Shown here piece by piece: positions 25,700 through 36,950 of a DNA stretch of 64,000 nucleotides (the stretch's first letter is position 1; each line of letters opens with the position of its first letter). The notes beneath the pieces were generated by a model, which had not been told where the DNA came from, did not search any database, and saw only the letters and a list, made by a program, of their open reading frames with translations. The position numbers were made by a program, and so were the translations under genes. The DNA lies in the NCBI RefSeq assembly GCF_011386835.1, contig NC_088801.1:62930001-62994000 (forward strand), in the 5' to 3' direction. This DNA is from Chrysemys picta bellii (taxonomy: Eukaryota).

Positions 25700-26200
25700 A
25701 CTGGTGAAGCAGAACAGACTTTCTGAAGTGGAAGATGATTTTAAAGAGAACAAATAACAGGTTATCAAGAACTGTAATGATATCAAGTCCAAAGTAATTG
25801 GTCTAGAAAGCCACTCTAGACCATGTAACATGAGGATTGTAGGTGTCCCTGAGGGAACAGAGAAAGGCAAACCTTCTGAATTTGTCCCTAAATTGCTAAA
25901 TTGTAGGATTTTCTAGTCATTTTTTATTTTCATATAGAATGGGCATACTGGACCCTTGTCCCCCAGCCAGCTCTCGGAGTTCAGCTTAGAGCGTTTGATT
26001 GTGAAGCGCCTGAACTTTACCACTAAGAAGCTTATACAGTACTGCAAAAATCCAGAGAGAGACATGGAGTGGTTATGGGAAGAACCAGCAATTAAAATAT
26101 TGCTCTCTCAAAATTATGCCGTGATGTAGTTGGAATGAGGGTAGCTTTTAACCAAGTGAAACAATTGGCTAGGAAGTTTATTAAATACCTGGCTAAGCTC
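25700..26200 (+). mobile_element. Degenerate L1/Tx1-like ORF1 remnant
   Basis: ccatgtaacatgaggattgtaggtgtccctgagggaacagagaaaggc translates PCNMRIVGVPEGTEKG, resembling the L1 ORF1p RRxNxRIxGxPEG motif. Second copy at about 37330..37790. Confidence 0.65.
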
Positions 26201-26385
26201 TATATTAAGAATGGGGATAGTATCATGCAGTTCCCCTCAGGAAGAAGAAAAATGCCTCCAAATTCTGCAAACTCCCCTTTACAAGACAAGGCATCTCTTG
26301 AATGATCAATGTGTATTGTTGGGTGTGATTTGTTATACTGTTATAGCTTATTAAAATGCGTGTATGTTAAACCCAATATGTAATT

Positions 26386-27285
26386 TGTAAGGATATAGCA
26401 GGAATTCAAAATGGAGTCTGAATCACCATTTTGTAAACTCCATCTTGTGACCCCTTAGTGCCCTGTCATCCTGGCCTAGTTACAGCTAGCTCCAACTGTT
26501 TTTTCCTGCCACTGGGCGATATCAAGGACAATTTTACCTCAGACTGTTTCCCGCCTTTGCTGGGATTGTACCATGTTTTCCCACCACTAATTGCGTAAAA
26601 GAACTGTGACCACAGACAAGTGGCGCAGTCCATCCTAGTGACTGTGCGTGCGCGGTTCAGGCCTTCGCAGCATCCTCGGAGGAGACCATCATTCCTGAAG
26701 TGAAGAGAAGAAAGAAGAAGCCGTATACAACCTTACCTGCTCCTGTTCCTGGGGACGACATCGCCAGGGGGTTCTTGGTCTACTTCTCCATCCCGAGTGA
26801 CATCGTGGGACTCTCCAGTGCTCCTCCTCTGCGGCCGGGTTCCAGTTACCCAACGAGTGCTGGTCCTGGACTTCGCCGCCACCACTTGGAAATAGTGAGA
26901 TAATAGGGTTTTCTTAGTCAGGCTTTTTATGGTTCTTGCCAGGGTGATTTTGTATTTTGGGCCTGAGCTTCATGCTCCTGTTTTAAAAGCTGTTGTTTCA
27001 CTGTTTTGAGTTATTTTATATAGTAATTACTCATTCACATTTACCCCTTCCCTTACTGTAACCTATTTCCCTAATACACTTACCTGTTATTTTAACTTTA
27101 CCGATAGTCAGTCTTTATTTCTCGCAGCACACATAGGGAAGAGGGAGGGAGGCCTATCTGAGTCCACCGGTGATGGACACAGCAGAGGGCGGGTCTGATC
27201 TTCTGAGTAAAAGGGGCTTGTTTTATTTCTTGATGCCCACACCACCATACCTATAGAGTTACCTGGGCTCCCCTTTGAGGTAACA
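26386..27285 (+). mobile_element. Probable solo LTR, present upstream of copy 3 only
   Basis: TGTAA...TAACA ends. About 1 kb here is missing from the homologous region near 37880. TSD not convincing. Confidence 0.5.
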
Positions 27286-27944
27286 GTATGGAATTTATGT
27301 ATTGCTCTCTGACATCTGGCATGGTTCCTGTAAACATGTTGGGTACTAGCTGATATTGATATGTTAGTTTCTTTTCTCTTTTTCTCTCTCATTGGGGCTG
27401 AAGGGTTAAAACGTTATTAACAATTTACTTCCTATTGCCTTAAATCATGGGGAAGGAGCATGAATGTAAAATCTATCTATCATCATTGCTTTATTAGATG
27501 GTGCTTCCTGATGGACTAAGGTTTATGAAGGTTCTATTGGTAAGAGATGACTACTGTCATGGTAATGTTCAGAGCCCCAGGGGCTGCGAGGATCTCCAAG
27601 TTTCACCTGATCTAGCTGCCCCTTTGGTTAAAAAACAGTCCAAAACTACACACTTGATAAACATATTTTTCTTTTTGATGGTATGGTACTAACATATATT
27701 TCTGTCTCCACTATCTTTTTCTGTCTTATTTTAACAATGCCTCTTTAATCTCTCTTTATTTTTCCATGCTGGGAATTTCCTCCCCATGCCTGTAGAATAT
27801 GTACTGGGCAGCTACTCTCTACCCCTGGATTATATAACTTTGGCTGCTTAGATATTCAAGAGCTGTTTTCTGTAGGAAATTTTTCAATGTCTCATTTATT
27901 CACTAAGCGACTTCATATTTTAACGATGATAGCTCTGAGAACTA

Positions 27945-28150
27945 AATGTGTGTCCTGAAACGTAAAAGGTTTCAGTAACCGTATTCAAAGCAAAAAATAT
28001 ATTCAATAATTAGAGAATGCTGCGATTGCTATGCTCCCAGAGACATATCTGACAAACTTGAAGTTTGTAAACTGAATAGAGATGGGGTGGGCCTCTCAGT
28101 TTCTAGTTGCTTTAAATTCTAAAGTGAGGGGTATTTCTTTACTAATACCT
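27945..28150 (+). mobile_element. Degenerate L1 ORF2 endonuclease N-terminus
   Basis: tcctgaaacgtaaaaggtttcagtaac...gctatgctcccagagacatatctg approximates SWNVKG...AMLQETHL. Copies at about 42780..42965 and 50685..50890. Confidence 0.6.
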
Positions 28151-28209
28151 CCCAGGACTATGAAGTTATAAGGAGGGGTTAAGTGGAGCCAACCCTAAGC
28201 ATGGACTGG

Positions 28210-29350
28210 ACCACTTTGCCTTTGGCAAAGGCTTGCAGAGAGCCTGATCCTGGATGATGACTTTAGATCCCACTTGGTGCTCAGTCAGGTCACCATTGGC
28301 ATCAAACCTGCCTTGGTCTTTTTACACTTTCCTCTCCTTTCTTCCACCACCACACTCCTCTGTAGCTGGAGAATCTCCATTTGTAAGTCCTGTACCCAGG
28401 CTTCTGTGGCCAGATAGACTGGAACCAGGTTAATTATATCCTTCCACACATTCATAGGTCTTCCCGTCAGGCCTCATTGGGGGAAAAGGCTGTGGAGTTG
28501 CATACCTAGCTCTGTTACGCATTGGTACCAGCGCTAACGCTTCATCCCAATTTCTGCCTGTTACAGAACCTTTTTTTTTGATGGTCCTATTTATTCGCTC
28601 CACCTTTCCTGCTGGCTGGCTGACAGAGAAGGGGAACCTTTTGTTCTACGTCCAGCTGGGTGCACACTTCTTTGACAACTGACCCCACAAATCCGCTCCC
28701 ATTGTCTGAGTCAATAACCCTTAGGCCCTCCCCCCATCTGCAGAACACATTGCTCACCAATTGTTTCACTCTCATTAGGGCAGTCACATATTTATTGTGG
28801 ATATCTATCTCCTCCCAATGTGAGAAAGCATTGACAACAACTAGCACATACTTGTTACCCCTTGGTGCTAAGGGCAGCTCCCCAGTACAGTTGATTTGAT
28901 CTTTCCATGAACTTCTGGGGACCTATCTCAGAAGAGCTTTTTTACTTTCTTTGATAGCTGGATTGTGTCTGGCACAGATAAGGAGCATCTACAGATCCCT
29001 TTCCCATTGTTGACAACCTGTCTTTGTCCTCTGCCTGTTTGGGGTGGGCCCATGCACCCATAAGAACAGATCTGTTTGCATATTTTGTAGTGCCACCCAT
29101 ACTAAACCGTTTTTTGATTTTACTCAGAGGAGTTCTTGCTTTATTACTAAATTTTGACCTACCTTCGTGTTTTGGCTGGAGGCTTGTTCCCAAAGGGGTC
29201 CTAACTTCACATCCTGTTTTTCAATGCTTTGTAGCTGCTACGCTTTTTGCCTTATTGCGATTTGTTGCTAGTGTCAAGTGAAATCTGTTACAGGGATAGT
29301 TTTCAAAATGATATCCCATGGCCAGTCGGTCCAGTGTCTGCTGCATTATT
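28210..29350 (-). mobile_element. Decayed Gypsy/retroviral-like integrase region (tandem-unit component)
   Basis: ORF 28587..28847 LVVVNAFSHW...VFCRWG...IDSDNGSGFVG..VC.QL; flanking ORF 28942..29193. Confidence 0.7.
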
Positions 29351-29634
29351 GACTGCTAGTTTGTAGTTTTATAGACCAGATTACAGTCTTTCTAAAACTG
29401 TGAACTCGCACCACTGTCCATGCAGAGAGTCAGGGATCAGGACTCATCTTACTGTATGTAGCAGTCTTTTTGGATTCAAAGTACATCTGCTGCTGGTAAG
29501 GCTGGGGAAAGCTGCATGGCTCCCCCTCCATTAGCCCGGCGAACGCTCTATATGACTCCCCAGCAAAAGAGACAGGAACAGCAGCATGGGGCCCTCCCCT
29601 CCCCAAAGAGTAGGAGCAAGTGCTTTTCACCCCC

Positions 29635-30699
29635 ACCATTCGTCCGGATTCTCCCGGACATGTCTGGCTTTTCTGAGTTAAAAATAGCGTCCGGGAGGAA
29701 TTTGTAAATGTCCGGATTTCCCCCCCACGCAGAGTGCGCGCGGCTGACAGGGCCACCGGCCGGATCGTGCCACTCGCATGGGGCTCCGGCAGCCAGAGCC
29801 CCTCCTCCGCTTCCCCCTCCTTTCCCCTGCTGCTTGAAATCACTCCCCTCCTCCCTGCATTCGCAGATCGCCGGATGTTCGCAACGGGCCTCCGGCAGTC
29901 TGGAGCTCCTCCCCCGCGGCCCAGCGCGCCGCTCCGCAGCACTCTGTGGGGGCGGGGGACCATGCTGGGTGCTCCACTGGGGAGCGCAGCAGCGTGTCGG
30001 GGGGTCGGAGAAGGGGCAGGGGGGTTCTGGAGGGAGCAGTCAAGAGACAGGGAGCAGGGGGAGGGTTGGATGGGTCATGAGTTCTGGGGGGGGCTGTCTG
30101 GGGGTGAGGGTATGGATAAGGTTTTGGGCAGTCAGGGTACAGGTAGGGGGTAGGGTCTCAGGAGGGGGCAGTTAGGGGACAAGGAACAGGGAGGCTTAGG
30201 TAGGGGGTGGGGTTCTGGAGGGCAGTTAGGAGCAGGGGTCCCAGGAGGGGCAGTCAGGGGACAAGGAGCAGGGGAGGTGTCGGGAGTTCTGGGGGGGGGG
30301 GGCTGTTGGGGTGGGGACTGGTTGGATGGGGCATGGGAGTCCCGGGGGTCTGTCTGGGGGTGGGGGTGTGGATAAGGGTTGGGGCAGTCAGGGGACAGGT
30401 AGGGGGTAGAGTCCTAGGGGGCCAGTTAGGATGGGAGGAGGGTCTCAGGAGGGGGCAATCAGGGGACAAGGAGCAGGGAAGCTTAGGTAGAGGGTGGAGT
30501 CCTGGGGGGCAGTTAGGGGCAGGGGTCCCAGGAGGGGGCAGTCAGGGGACAAGGAGCAGGGGGAGGGTTGGGAGTTCTGAGGGGGGCGGGAAGTGGGAGG
30601 GAGTGGAAGGGGCAGGGGCGAGGCTAAGGCAGGACGGGGCGGGGCTAGGGCGGGGCTCCTCCCATTCTCTTTTTTGATTGTTAAAATATGGTAACTCTA
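29635..30699. mobile_element. hAT-type GC-rich MITE, left TIR damaged
   Basis: Right TIR TGGTAACTCTA; left end accattcgtccgg. G-rich internal repeats. Absent at the homologous site (about 45860..45880). Confidence 0.65.
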
Positions 30700-30973
30700 G
30701 AGAACAGGGGTCCTTTGTCCCACCCACCCTGAGATGAAGAGATAGGAGTAGGGTAGCTTCCAGGCCTCGCCCTTGAGCCTGGGTGTATCTCTTTCGATGG
30801 GTGGACTGGGCCAGCAGCATTCTTCTCTTCCTACCTCCCACAGCCCTCTGCTGGGCTGGTGTAGGTGGGTCCTGCAGTTAATCCCACACTGAGGTGCATG
30901 GGGCTGTTCAATCCTTTCAGAGCTATTGTTTCAGGCTGGCTGCAGACTTGGGCAGATGTCTCTGAATTGGTTC

Positions 30974-31575
30974 TGTTGACGTCACTAGGCATCACCCTAG
31001 GTAACTCGGGAGGGTGGAAGGCCACTAAGTGTCAATGAAGCCTTCCTGCACTAGGCCTAAGTGAACCAAACTCTATCCTTCCATGTTTAAACTCTAATCA
31101 ACCTCAAAAGCCAGGTGCAATTGGAATATGTAAGCAACCAGTTATCTGTGTGCAACCCCCTGCTCAAGCAGTAATAATGAGGCCTGCATGTTTCTGGCTG
31201 TAGGGAAAAAGGACAAGATAACGGTTTAAAGAAGTTACTAATAAGTTAGCTGCCAAGAATGACTTAACTATTACCAGGGATGGGAGGGGTAGAGGGAGGA
31301 ATGGGGGGGAGAAAGGGAGGGCTAGAAGGAGGAATGGGGGGGAGAAAGGGAGGGCTAGAGCGGAAAGGGGGGGTGAGGCTTAACTGCAAAATGTATAAAA
31401 GAAGAAAAACTGTTCCTGTTAATGTGCTTGATCTGAGACGTGCCTGTCTCCTAGCACCGCTTTGGGATCCCAAATAAACTTTGTTTGCTTCTCCCCCTGG
31501 TGTGTTTATTGGTGCAAAGCACACCGGGCAACGAACCCGCTGTTGCTTTGCCTCGGGCACTCTGTGCTGGCAACA
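30974..31575 (+). mobile_element. Solo LTR (602 bp) with 4-bp TSD GTTC
   Basis: TGTTG...CAACA ends; gttc at 30970..30973 and 31576..31579; TATAAAA at about 31393; AATAAA at 31473..31478. Empty site aattggttccacctgg in other units. Confidence 0.88.
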
Positions 31576-32398
31576 GTTCCATCTGGGTTATATTTTTAAG
31601 CTTTGATTTACACCCCTATGGGACAGAAACCCCAGCTTTTCTTACACACTGGAAGTGCCAGTGTAATCGGATGATTCCAGGAGCTGGGGCCCTCAACCCA
31701 GACCTGTACTGCCTATACCTAGATAATCCTGCCCTGTCCTGGATTGGTGCTCAGGTAACTCCGGCCCAAGGCTTGGCCCCTGGCTGGGGGGAGAGCTGTG
31801 AATGGTGCTGCCTCTCGGTTTAGAGAGGGATGTGGCTGATTCTTGCCATCACCTGGGTGCCCAGCTCTGCCTGCTTCTTGCCTGGTGGCTGAGGGGGCTC
31901 TGGCTGCTGCTCCCTGGTGATGCTCCCAGGGCCATCTGGTGAAGAAGCAAGGGTGGGAGCTCAGCCCAGAGCCACTCTAGTGCTAGCTCCAAATCTCTGT
32001 CCGGGGTGGGCTGAGGATTATGGTCTAAAGTACATCTCTGCAATTGTCATCCTCTCTATGGCCCAAGTCCTGTATGTTTTGGTTTCTTGGTCAGCCTCCT
32101 GCAATGCATTCTGGGTAAGGGCAGCACAGCCATGAAGGTGCCCCTGTACTCCCTTGTGTGGCTGCCTAGGCTGGAGCCCTGGGTTTGGCCACATTGTGCT
32201 GGAAGTAGCTATGCAATGCTGGGGGAGGGCAGGAAAAGATGAGGCACAACTTTTGGTTCAGAAGATGATACCGTAGCCTAAGAACATAGGACAAGCTTCA
32301 ATGTTCCCCTTAGTACACTTACAACAGCACGCTGAGAGCACAATGGTTGCTAAAGCATTTTATTCACTGAGACCCTTCCAGGAGAAATGCGTCTTGAT

Positions 32399-34955
32399 TC
32401 AGTAGAGATCAGTGGCTCGTCTCAAAGAGCCGACCTTGCCACTCATAGAGCCCCACTCGCTGAATCTCCGGTACTGCCCTGGCCTCAGCAGGTATTGGCG
32501 GCCTCTGTAATTCGGCAATTCATAAAGGATCCAGTACCCGTCCAGCACAGAACAAGAGAGCATCTCGGGGGAGCGTAGCTGGTCCATGACTTGCGGAGAG
32601 TCCTCGGTTAACTCTACCATGTTGCCTCTGTGATCCTCCTTCTCATAGATCTTTATCCTGTAGGTGCCCCTGTGCTGTGACAGAAAATGAGACAGGGTAA
32701 TAGTGACTGCAGCAGGCTGGCTGCCTGTGATCCTGGGCCCTGAGTCAGCCCTGTGCACTGCTCCAGTGATGCAAAGGACACTTATAGCTGCCTCTGGTCC
32801 CCAGAGGAGGGGAATCCTTGAATGCTGCAAAGGCAGCACCTCCACCCATTTGAGTCGGACCTCTGCCAGCCGTGACTCCCACCCTTGGTGCAGGGAGCAT
32901 GTCTGCCCAACCAGACACAAGAGGGGACAGGGCTGCAGTGTACAACGCTGGCCAATCCTCAGCCGGCACAGTGCTCCCATAGGCCTGGGGTTCTCAATCT
33001 TTCTTTTTCTGAGGCCCTGTGATGGAGCCTGCTTGCCCTGCACTGGTACCGCAAGGGTTAACTCTACTCTTTGGGCTGAGGAGGCCACGCACCCTCGGCC
33101 CTGCTGGGCATGCTCCAGCTAGAGACCAGGTATAAAAGGGAGCAGCCCAGCTCATTCAGGGCTGAATGCCAAGGAGGGAGGACGCCCGCTGCAGTCTCCA
33201 GCCCGGCAAGTGCTGAGGCCCCAGAAGGCAGAAGCCAGAGACGCCGAGACACAGGACAATGCCCAAGCTCCTGCAGGCGCCCAAGGAGCGACAAAGCTGC
33301 TGAGAGCCGCACAGGCTGAGGAGCCTACGGACTTTGGAGATGACAGGACGACTCCACCAGGGACAGGATAGGAAGTAGCTCAGGGGGACTAGGCATTGTA
33401 CTGAGTGGTGTCCGTGTGTTTTGGGTGGATTCCCCACTGACTCAGTGGTCACTGTGAGGGCCCTGAGCTGGGATCTGGTGGAGCAGGGAGAGCACTGGTC
33501 AGGCTAATCAGCCCTACTGAAGAGGGCCATTATACTGACTCTGGGTATTGGGCCATGCAGCCATGGGCTGTTCCCTTTTATACCTGACCTCCAGCTGGAG
33601 CATGCCCAGCAGGGCCGAGGGTGCGTGGCCTCCTCAGCCCAAAACAGTCATTGTGGCACAGGGGGCCTGCTGACTCGGGCCACAAGGACACACAGCCCTG
33701 AGAGGGGGCAGCAATATTGACATTTATCCGTAGGTCAAGCTATCCCAAAACAAGGGGTGATTGTATAGATTCAGCCACAATGCCATAATTACCCTCACCC
33801 CATCCCAAGAAGGGACAGGGCGTGCTTGCCCCACAAAAGGCCCCCTAACATGCTGTAAAAACTCCACGGCCCCCTGTGTCACAATGACTGTTTTTCTGCA
33901 TATAAAAGCCGGGGTTGCCATTAGAGGGTAAGGTAAGGTAAGAGGCAAGCAGGGCAATTATCCAGGGCCCATTCCACAGGGGGCCCTGCGAAGCTAAGTT
34001 GCTCTGGCTTCAGCTTCAGGCAGCTGTAGAGGAAGCTTTCCTATCCTATCCCTGCAATGTCCCCCCAGCCATCCTGGAGGGATGACCACTAGGAGGAAGA
34101 AAGCAGTTCTCGTTTTCAGTCCTTGGGAGCTCAGTTGAAAATGATCAAGCAAGAGCCTTATGACGGTGGCTTGGGCAACGTTGCCATTTTTAAAAGCAAA
34201 ATCCAACTCACAGGTGGTATCATCCGGCAGGACTTAATGGAGGTGCTGAAACCCTCAGACTGCATGTCGGGATAATCCCCCCGTTTCAGAAAGAACTGCT
34301 GTCCCTGGAAGTTGGGACGTTCATAGAGCATGAAGCAGCCACTTTCCACGCGGACGGAGTTACAGCGGCTGAGCTGACTTTGAAAATCCGGCCGGTCGCT
34401 GCTGCACTCAACGGAGCGGCCCTGGAAGTTTCTGTCCTCGAAAAGAGTGATCTAGTGCGAGAAACAAATGGCAGAGTTTGCAGGAACATCCTATACAGTG
34501 TGACTGCGTCCTGGCATTCCAATTTCTCTCCGTTCAGCACACTAAGCCTGGGAGGGGGACGTGACTGGGGCCACCGACGTTTGCGCGCCCCCTCCGGTCG
34601 CCATCCCGTCCGCACACCCGCACCGAGAGCTCCCCATCCGGAGTATTTTGCATTTTACTGACTCTTGTGATAAATTGATATACCCCTGTGACTTCAGTGG
34701 AATTGATCCTCATTTACACAAGTGTAAGCAAAAGCAGAATTGGGCTGTGAGAGATTAATATACAGGGACTAGTAGAGGCAGTAGGACCCCTAGCTCTGCA
34801 TTCTTGATTCTCCTCTCCTATTGGTATAGGCCAGGAGTAACTCCTTTGAAATCAACAGACTAACTCAGATGTAAATGAGAGGAGACTCAGGTCCCTGGCT
34901 TCAGACTGACATACCAAACAATCCAGTCCAGACAGGTTTCTCTTACCTTTTCCAT
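32399..34955 (-). CDS. CRYG: Gamma-crystallin, copy 4 (174 aa); join(34947..34955, 34212..34451, 32399..32674)
   Basis: MEK | [11 protein letters not shown]...CRMIPP | HRGTY...VLDGYW...[13 protein letters not shown]. Intact splice sites. Confidence 0.95.
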
Positions 34956-35005
34956 CGTAGCTGGATTCAGGCTGCAAGCCATAGTACTCCAGCTGGGTAA
35001 CTGCC

Positions 35006-35052
35006 TTTTTATACCTCACAACCAGTGCTAAGTGTGCACACGTTAACAAAAG
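35006..35052 (-). promoter_or_regulatory. Copy 4 proximal promoter: TATA 35006..35013, MARE-like 35026..35038, SOX site
   Basis: Same motifs and spacing as copy 1. Confidence 0.75.
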
Positions 35053-35884
35053 TCTTTTCTCTGTTCATAGAGCCAACTCATGACTCTGGAGGCTCATTCA
35101 CTCTTTGTACTAGTGTCCATAGGTTTTGTGTAGTGGGGAACAGGTTTTATTCCTATTGTTACCAGTGAGCAGTTCTGGGCCCTGGATCTGTCAGCACAGC
35201 CATTTTTACATTGAAGACAACATAGTTCAGGAAAAGGGAGAAACTTCTGGCCGAGTGACAGAGGGGACTGGATGTGATGGCATCAACAATCCTTCTCTAT
35301 AGAGTCTCTGCAGTTACATTGTTATTAGTGATGCAGAAGTGCACTGTACACTGACGGAAGAGAGTTCAAACGACAAAATAGAAAGCAGGGAGATAAAAAC
35401 TGAAATGTGTATGTCAAAAGAAAAAAAAAAAGTCAAAAGGGCTTAGGTAGACCTCACGTGTGTTTTTGCCATTCAGTAGCTTTGGGGTCAGCAGTATGGA
35501 GTCTGGAACAGCCTCCTGAGAGACCAGCATGAGATGAGCCGTAGGTGTGCAGCGTCCATCCCCATCCACGCAGGGCTTTTCTGAGTCCCCAGGTGTGATC
35601 ATTACCCACACACCTCACCACCCCACATCTGAGTTGGTTGAACTTGTATACAGTGGCCATACAGCCAGTGTGAAAAATCGGGACAGTGGGTGTGTGTGTG
35701 TGTGTGGGTGGGGGTAATAGGAGCCTATATAAGAAAAAGACCCAAAAGCTTGTACCACAGATAACGTAGGAGCCTGAAGGTCTCCCATCAGGCTGAGTGA
35801 TGAGAGCGTAATGTAGATACGAGCAGTTTGTTCCCATTCTGCTCGCCACAGTGTCACAGCGTCCACCGTTGAGCAGTTGAGTAA

Positions 35885-36166
35885 GGGTATGTCTACACTG
35901 GAATCTTCAAAGCGCTGTTGTGGGAACGCTCCCGCGGTAGCGCTTTGAAGTGTGAGTGTGGTCACACGCGAGCTCTCTCAGCGCTCATGGTAATCCACCT
36001 CCACGAGGGGATGAGCTCCGGGTGATAGGAGTGCGGCTCCCAGCACTCTGAGCCTGTCCACACTAGCGCTTTAAAGCGCTCAGAATTGCTGCGCTCAGGG
36101 GGGTGATTTTTCACTCCCCTGAGCCAGCAAGTTAGAGCACTAAAAAATGTAAGTGTAGACAAGCCC
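35885..36166. mobile_element. Harbinger-type MITE (282 bp) with TAA TSD
   Basis: taa|GGGTATGTCTACACT ... AGTGTAGACAAGCCC|taa. Empty site gttgagtaacatagtgc at about 24494..24510. Confidence 0.9.
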
Positions 36167-36169
36167 TAA

Positions 36170-36950
36170 CATAGTGCAGATAGGCGTTCTAATGATAAGT
36201 TAGTGGTGAGGCACTGCCTATGTATGTATCTTTGAAAAGTGGCCCTGGTGGTTATCTCTGGATTGTGTCAAGGAGGTTCTTTGCTATAATATTATGCCTG
36301 ATGTTAGAGGAAAGGATATTAGAGAGGACAGGGAGCCAATCAGTGTTTGTTGGTCCTGTAGTCCCTGTTATTCTCATCATTTGATTCAATAGCACAACAA
36401 CTAGTATGGTGTGGCAAGAGTTTAACCACACAGGAGCACAGTATTGCCCAACTGAGTAGCAGAAAGTTAGGGCTGAACTGCACAGTGCTTGCACATTAGC
36501 GCCTCAACTTGAGCCCGCAAGCTTCTTTAAGAGGCTATTTCTGCTGTTAATTTTCTGAGCTCTCCTGGTGGTTTGGTTGTTATGGGTAAGAGTGCAAGCT
36601 AGAGTGACTCCTAGATATGCTGGCTTTGGGTCATGAGCCAGTCATTCTCCATTCAAGAACATGTTGAGTTCTTGTGAAGCATTAGCTTGACTAAGATGAA
36701 ACCATGACAACACAGTCTTTGACATACGGGGATTAAGTCTCCATTTCTTGCAGTCCTCAGGTTGTCCCCAGTCTTTTTGAAGTATTTCTCTTGACATTAG
36801 ACAGATATCATCTGCACACTTGAATAGCCTTGAGGTAGTTGCAGACAGATCGTTTGAAAACATATTGGAAATAAGTAGGGGCAAGAACAGATCTCCAAGG
36901 GATCCTGTTCTTCTGGATCCTCCATGCACTCAGTTCATTTCCTAACATGG
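36170..36950 (-). mobile_element. Degenerate Vingi/Ingi-like RT fragment (duplicate of 24500..25300)
   Basis: ORFs 36252..36494 and 36642..36929: CADDICL, CKKWRLNP.MSKTV.S.FHL, CAPVW. Confidence 0.65.

Noticed and set aside
29430-29630. Shared minus-strand ORF end ...MEGEPCS.PQPYQQQMYFES.KT.TYSKMSPDP (also 45669..45860)
   Set aside because: No recognisable domain, the upstream parts differ between copies, and unit duplication explains the similarity.
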